DNA of 64,000 nucleotides, from NCBI GenBank assembly GCA_963806855.1, contig CAWDYW010000001.1, positions 288,001-352,000 on the forward strand, written 5' to 3'. Source of the DNA: an uncultured Verrucomicrobiae bacterium. GTDB taxonomy: Bacteria; Chlamydiota; Chlamydiia; Chlamydiales; Rhabdochlamydiaceae. The notes under the pieces are model-generated. The model did no database searches and was not told where the DNA came from. It worked only from the letters and a program-made list of their open reading frames with translations. Within the stretch, counting starts at the first letter, position 1. Each line of letters opens with the position of its first letter. Below, one piece after another: positions 57,497 to 64,000 of this stretch. The position numbers and the translations under genes were made by a program.

Positions 57497-60400
57497 TTAA
57501 TGCGCAGCTTTAATTTCGCGCCACTTTTCAATTAGCCGCGCAACGATCGGCGCTCCTTGCCTTCCTGCTAAGCCGAAGCGTAAGTAGACGACGACGACAA
57601 GTTCGGGATTAAGGCGGGCATCATCTTCAAACGAGATGGCGCCAAACTGGGTGTGCTTTTCCATTACAGCTTTCGTGCCGGCATCGATCGTCGGCTTGTA
57701 GAGGATTTCGGCTGTTCCGGTTTTGCCGAGGATTTGAGGGTGAAGCCGCTTATAGGCGTTGAGCGCTGCTTTGTTGTGGTGATCAGCGCGCATCAAGCTC
57801 AGGCGTGCTGTCCCTTTTTCCCCATTCGTGACCATTTCCATCCCTTCGAGCAATTTCTCGCGGATCTCTTTCGGAAAAAAAATCGTATTTGAGACGATGG
57901 GCTCTTGAAAATCGATGAAGCCTTCATCGACAGTTGCCAGATTTTTGGTGAAGAGGGGGAAGGGGATGCCGATCCGACTTAGCGCCTCTTTATGAGGATA
58001 GCTTTCGAGGGAGAAGGGAGAATGGTCGGGATTTTTTCCGGCAGCGAGTTTGAGGATTTGGGGCTTAAGCACTTGGCCCCCATTGGCAATTGCGGACAAC
58101 ATGACTGCCGTTTGAAGAGGGGTGGCAACAAGGGAGTGTTGTCCGATGGCAAAAGAATAGAGCCCAGACTTATTTTGCATGATGTCGTCTGGTAGTACGC
58201 CGGCATATTCGCCTGGAAGATCGATCCCCGTTTTGCTTCCCATTCCAAATTCGATCGTGGTGTTGAGCAGGGTTGCTGGGCTTTTTAGGAAATCGCCTGC
58301 GAGAATCGAGAAGTACATGTTGCTCGTCCGTTCGATCGCTCTGACTAGATCGATCTCTCCCACTTTGAGATAAGCAGCTCGCGGCAGCCGGCCCCCTTTG
58401 TAGAGCCTTTTGATTGGAGTCCCATCTTGAAAATAACCGAGCACTTGGTCATTACTGCCAGGGCGCGCGGTCCATTGGAGATCGTCGGTGATGGTGAAGG
58501 GATTGAGGTTGGAGGCGCCGCGGATATACTGCTGTCTGAGAGCTGCATAGGAGGTGACAAGTTTGAAAATCGAACCCATCGGAGTTGCTTGGCGGAAGGC
58601 AAGTGAGCGTCCGAGGCCAAAGCCGGTTACGGGGTAGAATGCTGCAGCCAGATGCTTTTGATATTGTACCCCATTGGTATGGCGTAGTGTTCGATACTTC
58701 CCAATTAGAGGGCGGTCGAGATCGTCGTAGGTGCGAAGCGCTTGTAAGTAGTGCAGGCGATCGCTTTTTTCTAAGGGTTCGAGCAAATTTTTCAGCGAGT
58801 CGAGCAGCGGATCGGCACCGGCATTTTCTAAGATAAAGGCATAGAGCAGATCCCATCGATTTTTGTCCCAGTGATTTTGAAACATCTCGGTTTCTTGTTT
58901 CTCTAAATATTCGGTATAGGGACGGGCATATCGCTTGTGAGCTTTTTCTTTTTTTCGTTTTTCTTTAATGAATTGATGAAAATTTTCTTCGCGCCATTTC
59001 TTGAACTCGCAATTGTGAAATGATTCTCGCGCAAATTCTTTGAGTGGTTCGAGTTGGCGGGCAATCGTTTGTGAGTAGAGACGAAATTCCGATAGAGATT
59101 GCTCGCCAACCTGCTGCAAAAGCGAGGGGGTGAAACACTCCTTTTTGACTACCATTTGGATCAGGTCCATGAAGAGTTGCTTGTCTTTCTCTTCAGGAAT
59201 CGGATCTAGGTAGGGGATGTTGTTGTCTCCCTCTTGAAGATGCACCGCTTTGGATAGGGTCGAAACGGCGTCGATGCTGCTCCGAATGGGAGCATCTTTT
59301 GGCAAAATCGTATTGAGATAGAGTTCCCATGTGAGCAGCTTCTCCTCGATATAAAATTCCCCATCGGCAAAGTATTCGCGCTGCATTGGGCGCTTGCCAT
59401 CCCAGATCTCGCCGACATAGGCCTCGCTCTCGAGCCATTGGATGATAGACGAGCGCTTTGCTTTACGTTTTTCCGCTGTTTGCGCCGGGATGAGATCATT
59501 GGGATTGAAGCGGGGGTAGGAGGCCAGAGCGAGGATTTCACCCGTCTTGGGATTCATCACCACAATCGCGCCTCCTCGTTGCCAGGGAGGATGAGAACGT
59601 TTGGAATCGGCTTTGTCCCTCTTCTCTTGTAAGAGCTCATATTCTGCAAGCAGCTTTTCAGCTTCGAGCTGCAACTCGGCAGATAGGCTTAAGATGAGTC
59701 GCTCGCCAGGCGCCGGAGCTTTCCCGCCGGGGAGTTCACGCAGCGGATTGCCCTTGATGTCGATCTCATAAATTTTTTTACCGACCCGGCCATGCAAACG
59801 CTCGTCAAAAAAAGCCTCCACCCCGCTTTTGCCCACCTGATCATTGATCGTATAGGCCCGTTCTTGCAGCTCTTGCAGACGCCTTTTTACCTCTTGCGGA
59901 CTGGTGAAGCCCTCGGGAAGAAACGCCGCGTTGCCCGCTTCGTGTTCGGACAGATAGTGCTTAAGCTCCTCAATTTCAGAGGCGATTTTCAAATATTCCT
60001 GCTGCCCGATGGCCCCCATGTAGCCGATCACATCGCAAGCCAGTTTCCCTTGAGGATAGACCCGTTTTGCCGCCCGCTGCATCTTCAGGCCCGGCCAATC
60101 CTTCTCCATCATTTTGAGCTCGAGGTAGAGTTTTTCGGAGATATCTTCCTTGAGGACAAAGGGAGTGTGGGGGAAAAGGCATGCCTTGCTTTGGATCGTA
60201 TCTTCGATCACCTGAGGATCCATCTCCAGAGCTTGAGCCAGGCGGCTCGAAATTTTCTTTATATATTCTTGCCGCGCCATTACCCGCTTTTTCTTTCCCC
60301 GCTCATCTTTCTCCCAGATGACACTGGGAATTTGCCGGACATCGCAATAGCAGATCGCCGCATTGTACTGCATTTTATTGACAGCTAAGGGGATATTGAA

Positions 60401-60589
60401 CCGATCGCGGATGCTGCCCCGCTCGACCCGCTCGATGACGCTGCGCCTTTGCGGTTTGAGCGATTCTTGGTAGTGCAGATCATATTGGATCACACTCAAG
60501 TACCAAACGCGGACAAGGATCAGCAGCAAGACGACAAGGAAAAAGTTGAGTATGCGGCCGGTTCGCCTGGAGACACTTGATGCATTCAT
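57497..60589 (-). CDS. pbp2: Penicillin-binding protein 2 (chlamydial long form)
   Basis: TM then RGSIRDRF, R.YPQG, G.ILALASYP, GSIFK, TSN, GKTGTAE. Start moved to ATG 60589 because the longer ORF overlaps tRNA-Gly. Confidence 0.93.
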   Translation of the reverse strand: MNASSVSRRTGRILNFFLVVLLLILVRVWYLSVIQYDLHYQESLKPQRRSVIERVERGSIRDRFNIPLAVNKMQYNAAICYCDVRQIPSVIWEKDERGKKKRVMARQEYIKKISSRLAQALEMDPQVIEDTIQSKACLFPHTPFVLKEDISEKLYLELKMMEKDWPGLKMQRAAKRVYPQGKLACDVIGYMGAIGQQEYLKIASEIEELKHYLSEHEAGNAAFLPEGFTSPQEVKRRLQELQERAYTINDQVGKSGVEAFFDERLHGRVGKKIYEIDIKGNPLRELPGGKAPAPGERLILSLSAELQLEAEKLLAEYELLQEKRDKADSKRSHPPWQRGGAIVVMNPKTGEILALASYPRFNPNDLIPAQTAEKRKAKRSSIIQWLESEAYVGEIWDGKRPMQREYFADGEFYIEEKLLTWELYLNTILPKDAPIRSSIDAVSTLSKAVHLQEGDNNIPYLDPIPEEKDKQLFMDLIQMVVKKECFTPSLLQQVGEQSLSEFRLYSQTIARQLEPLKEFARESFHNCEFKKWREENFHQFIKEKRKKEKAHKRYARPYTEYLEKQETEMFQNHWDKNRWDLLYAFILENAGADPLLDSLKNLLEPLEKSDRLHYLQALRTYDDLDRPLIGKYRTLRHTNGVQYQKHLAAAFYPVTGFGLGRSLAFRQATPMGSIFKLVTSYAALRQQYIRGASNLNPFTITDDLQWTARPGSNDQVLGYFQDGTPIKRLYKGGRLPRAAYLKVGEIDLVRAIERTSNMYFSILAGDFLKSPATLLNTTIEFGMGSKTGIDLPGEYAGVLPDDIMQNKSGLYSFAIGQHSLVATPLQTAVMLSAIANGGQVLKPQILKLAAGKNPDHSPFSLESYPHKEALSRIGIPFPLFTKNLATVDEGFIDFQEPIVSNTIFFPKEIREKLLEGMEMVTNGEKGTARLSLMRADHHNKAALNAYKRLHPQILGKTGTAEILYKPTIDAGTKAVMEKHTQFGAISFEDDARLNPELVVVVYLRFGLAGRQGAPIVARLIEKWREIKAAH

Positions 60590-60654
60590 CCCCAGATTTT
60601 TACCATTTTTCTTGGAAAAAAAGGAAGGATTGAGTAAAAATGGTATCCAATTGC

Positions 60655-60725
60655 GCGCCTGTGGTTCAATGGTAGAACTATAGCCTTCCAAGCTATAAGC
60701 GTCAGTTCGATTCTGACCAGGCGCT
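60655..60725 (+). tRNA. tRNA-Gly(TCC)
   Basis: Acceptor GCGCCTG/CAGGCGC, D-arm GTTC AATGGTA GAAC, anticodon arm ATAGC CT TCC AA GCTAT, T-loop GTTCGATT. Confidence 0.95.
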
Positions 60726-60763
60726 ATCCTATGCAAAGTGCTAGGACTCTAAAAATATATAGA

Positions 60764-60932
60764 AGACTGGTGTCGAACTAAGGCTTCGTCGATTTTCGGG
60801 ATTATTTTGGCCGATTTTTGATTCTAATTCGGGGGGTCATATGCGGGAGCTTGATATTACCCCCCGAATTAGAATCGAAAATCGGCTCAAAAGAACCCGA
60901 AAATCGACAGAAGATTAGTTCGACACCAGTCT
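60764..60932. repeat. 169-bp near-perfect palindromic element (MITE/REP-like) upstream of rpsB
   Basis: Ends AGACTGGTGTCGAACTAA / TTAGTTCGACACCAGTCT. Inner arms GTCGATTTTCGGG/CCCGAAAATCGAC and GATTCTAATTCGGGGGGT/ACCCCCCGAATTAGAATC also pair. Confidence 0.9.
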
Positions 60933-60996
60933 CGAAACCAAGACTGAAATCTTTCTTCTGGAAAGATGCCGTCGTCAACAACAAAAGGGACAAGGC

Positions 60997-61782
60997 TTGG
61001 CTAACAAAGCTGTTACAATTAAAGACCTACTTGAAAGTGGAGCTCATTTTGGGCACCAGAAGCACCGTTGGAATCCCAAAATGAAGCGATTCATTTTCGA
61101 GGAGCGCAACGGAATCTATCTCATTGATCTCGCAAAAACGATGCAGCAAATCCGCAAAGGAGCTGAAATTGTGCGAGAGACAACGAAAAATCGAAAATCC
61201 ATTCTCTTCGTCGGAACAAAGAAGCAAGCGAAAAGCGTTGTGCGCGAATGTGCCGAAGAAGCTGGCGAATTCTACGTCTGCGAACGTTGGCTCGGCGGGA
61301 TGCTGACCAACCTCTCGACTATCCGCAATTCGGTGAAATCTCTCGAAAGAATCGAAAAAGTACTCGCGGCTGGCGGAGAAGGGCTCACAAAGAAAGAGAT
61401 CTCCCTAATGGGTAAAGACCTGGGCAAACTCGATCGCAACCTGTCAGGAATTCGCGCAATGCGCAAACCTCCTGGACTCGTCATTTTGGTCGACCCCTCA
61501 CGCGAGCATATCGCAGTGAAAGAAGCGAAAAAGTTGGGTATCCCCATTCTTGGACTCGTCGATACCAACTGCGACCCAGACCCGATTGACCACGTCATCG
61601 CCTGTAACGACGACACCCTCAAGGGCATTAAACTCATCCTCGGCTATTTGACACAGCAGATCATCGATGTAAAAAATGAGATGAATATCGGCCGTTTGAA
61701 AGCAGGTGAGGAAGCCGGAGAAGTTGGCATGGAAGTTGAAGAGCAATCCCCTGAGCTCGAAGAAAAGTTGAGAGGAGAGTAA
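60997..61782 (+). CDS. rpsB: 30S ribosomal protein S2
   Basis: LLESGAHFGHQ..RWNPKMK, LFVGTKKQA, RWLGGMLTN, VDTNCDP, NDD; TTG start. Confidence 0.98.
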   Translation: MANKAVTIKDLLESGAHFGHQKHRWNPKMKRFIFEERNGIYLIDLAKTMQQIRKGAEIVRETTKNRKSILFVGTKKQAKSVVRECAEEAGEFYVCERWLGGMLTNLSTIRNSVKSLERIEKVLAAGGEGLTKKEISLMGKDLGKLDRNLSGIRAMRKPPGLVILVDPSREHIAVKEAKKLGIPILGLVDTNCDPDPIDHVIACNDDTLKGIKLILGYLTQQIIDVKNEMNIGRLKAGEEAGEVGMEVEEQSPELEEKLRGE

Positions 61783-61784
61783 CG

Positions 61785-62634
61785 ATGACCAAAAGCAGCG
61801 CTGAATTAGTAAAAGAATTGCGCGACCGAACCGGCGTCGGGATGGCAAAGTGCAAAGTGGCTCTTGATGAAGCTGGCGGTAACATCGAAAAAGCGATTGA
61901 GAACCTGCGTAAGCAGGGGCTCGCTTCTGCTGTCAAGAAAGAGGGGCGCGAGGCGAAAGAAGGGCTGATCGCCATCGGCGAGAGCGATAAAGCAGTCGCC
62001 TTTGTCGAAGTCAATTCTGAGACCGATTTTGTTGCTCAGAACGAAAAATTCAGACACTTCCTTAGAGATTTAGCAAACGAAGCGGCTGAACTGCTTCCCA
62101 AATCACTTGAGGCTTTTCTCGCACATAAGAGCAAGCTCGATCCTTCTCTCACCATCGATGAGTATCGCGCCCTCATGGTGCAGAGCCTCGGAGAAAATAT
62201 TCAGATTAAGCGAATCAAGATCCTCCCCAAAGCATGCCGATGTTTCAATCGGGGTGTACTCTCACATGGGTGGAAAAATCGCAACTGCCGTCGAAATGAC
62301 AGGCGGCCGCGGAAATGAGGTGCTTGCACGTGACATCGCGATGCATGTTGCTGCTGAATCTCCTGAATATTTGAAGCCAGAAGATGTTCCTGAAGAAATT
62401 AAAGAGCGGGAAAAAGAAATCGGCCGGAGCCAAGTCAAAGGCAAGCCTGCAGAAATCGTCGAGAAAATCGTCGAAGGTAAATTGAAAGCCTTTTATGACC
62501 AGTTCTGCATCCTCAACCAAAAATATGTCAAAAATAACGAAGTGACCATCACACAACTTTTGGAAGCAGAATCGAAAGCCACTAAGAAGCCCTTAGGAAT
62601 TAAAGCCTTTTTGAGGTGGCAAGTAGGAGAATAG
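61785..62634 (+). CDS. tsf: Elongation factor Ts (frameshift near 62233, probable sequencing error)
   Basis: VKELRDRTGVGM..CK.AL, EVNSETDFVAQN, GENIQI; second frame DIAMHVAA..P, KP.EIVEKIVEGKL, WQVGE. Confidence 0.95.
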
Positions 62635-62635
62635 T

Positions 62636-63354
62636 ATGGCCGCCCCGCAATACAAGCGCGTAGTTCTAAAGCTCTCTGGAGAAGCCCTGATGGGTGCCCA
62701 GGACTTTGGAATGGACCATTTTGCTTGTGAGCATATCGCCAAATCAGTCAAAGAAATTTGCGAGATGGGATTGCAAGTATGCATCGTAGTGGGGGGCGGC
62801 AATATCTTCCGAGGCAGACAAGCTGCCGAATTTGGGTTCGAGCAGACCCCTGCCGACCATATCGGCATGCTCGCCACCATGATCAACGGCCTCATCCTCC
62901 AGCAATCGCTCGCCCGTCTCGGCATCGAGAGCCAAGTGATGAGCGCCATCACCTGCACCCTCATTGCTGAGAGCTACCAATGGACCCATGCCGTCCATGC
63001 CCTCCATAAAGGGCGAGTCGTCATCTTCGTCGGCGGCACCGGCAATCCCTACTTCACTACTGACACCGCAGCCGCCCTCCGTGCTAGCGAAGTCAACGCA
63101 GAAATCCTGCTCAAAGGACCAAAGTCGATGGCATCTACGACAAAGACCCTGTTCATTTTCCCAATGCGAAAAAATTCGATCAACTGACATTCTCAGAAGC
63201 CCTTTCCAAAAATCTCAAATTCATGGATGCTACAGCACTAGCCCTTTGCCGAGAGAATGGCATCCCCGTCTACGTTTTTGACCTCTTCGAAGAAGGGGCC
63301 CTACGAAAAGCGGTTACGTCAAGTAAAGGCGGATCACTAGTTACCGGAGATTAA
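62636..63354 (+). CDS. pyrH: Uridylate kinase (frameshift near 63117, probable sequencing error)
   Basis: KRVVLKLSGEAL, GGGNIFRG, GTGNPYFTTDTAAALRA; continues TKVDGIYDKDP…MDATA in the shifted frame. Confidence 0.95.
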
Positions 63355-63356
63355 AC

Positions 63357-63911
63357 ATGAGCGTCGTCAATGACACCAAACACAAAATGAAAGAGTCTGT
63401 CGAGCACTTTAAGAAAGAGCTCAGCCACCTACGCACCGGTCGAGCCAACCCTGCGATGTTTGACTCGGTCCTCATCGAAGTCTACGGCACCACCATGAGG
63501 CTGCGCGAACTGGCTAACGTCAACACGCCAGAGCCGCGACAAATCGTCATCAACCCCTTTGATCCACAGACCGTAGGCCCGATCGCCAAGAGCATCGAGA
63601 AAGCCAACCTCAACGTCAACCCCATCGTCGACGGGACCTCGATCCGAATCAACATCCCTCCTCTGGATGAGAGCATGCGAAAAGAGATCGTCAAGCAAGG
63701 GAAGAAAAAGGCCGAAGACGCAAAAATCGTCATCCGAGAGATCCGCCGAAAAGGACAATGACCATGGTCCGCAAGCAAAAAGCCGAAGGCGATCATCGCC
63801 GAAGACGAACAGAAAAAAGCAGAAAAAAGCATCCAAGAACTGACCGACGACTACTGCAAACAGATCGACGACCTCTTCGCTGCAAAAGAAAAAGAGATCA
63901 TGACGGTTTAG
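63357..63911 (+). CDS. frr: Ribosome recycling factor (local indels ~63755-63791, probable sequencing errors)
   Basis: LRTGRANP, VYG….L..LA, P..DG..IR..IP.L, then IQELTD.Y.K.ID..F.AKEKEIMTV*. Confidence 0.95.
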
Positions 63912-63962
63912 GCCTTGCTGAAAAAGCGGGGTGGTCTAGCATATACCATTTATTGAATTCCT

Positions 63963-64000
63963 GGCCCCATCGTCTAGTCGGCCTAGGACATCAGATTTTC
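63963..64000 (+). tRNA. tRNA-Glu(TTC), truncated by window end
   Basis: GGCCCCATCGTCTAGTCGGCCTAGGACATCAGATTTTC: typical tRNA-Glu 5' half ending at the TTC anticodon. Confidence 0.85.

Noticed and set aside
60590..60736. 49-aa N-terminal extension of PBP2 in the ORF track
   Set aside because: It overlaps tRNA-Gly on the opposite strand; ATG 60589 precedes the expected TM anchor.
61785..63911. Frameshifts in tsf, pyrH and frr as programmed frameshifting or pseudogenisation
   Set aside because: These are three adjacent essential genes with single-base indels and otherwise intact sequence, so sequencing error is far more likely. The same doubt applies to lone frameshifts in wzc, the hydrolase, CPBP and MT 20499.

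Overview
This window is from an environmental chlamydia (phylum Chlamydiota), judged from the pbp2 / tRNA-Gly / rpsB-tsf-pyrH-frr / tRNA-Glu synteny, the ~1030-aa chlamydial-type PBP2 and chlamydia-type hypothetical families. Two GC-richer core flanks enclose a visibly AT-rich accessory island of ~46 kb (~8.1-54.3 kb). The left flank carries gpsA, nnr, an lpxR-like gene, licD, a UDP-glucuronate epimerase and wza/wzc-like genes. The right flank carries an autotransporter, pbp2 and the translation operon. The centre of the island (~16.5-41.4 kb) is an unusual secondary-metabolite locus. It contains an AdmH/EncP-clade MIO phenylalanine aminomutase/ammonia-lyase plus a decayed second copy, two MppJ-like alpha-keto-acid C-methyltransferases, a stand-alone A domain, an A-T didomain, an AT-less KS-ACP-TE PKS, an O-methyltransferase, several more class I methyltransferases (nine in 14-37 kb), an MFS transporter, a lipocalin-like protein, a HAL-like second MIO enzyme and a NUDIX / NDT-like / divergent SAH-hydrolase-like operon. 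The island also holds polymorphic toxin-immunity pairs, IS3 (IS2-group) and IS66 remnants, a eukaryote-like PI 4-kinase and two displaced copies of the 3' end of the flanking autotransporter gene, which point to serial integration at that gene. Caveat: single-base frameshifts occur even in essential genes (tsf, pyrH, frr), so most lone frameshifts here are probably sequencing errors. Family assignments come from motif recognition by eye, not database searches.
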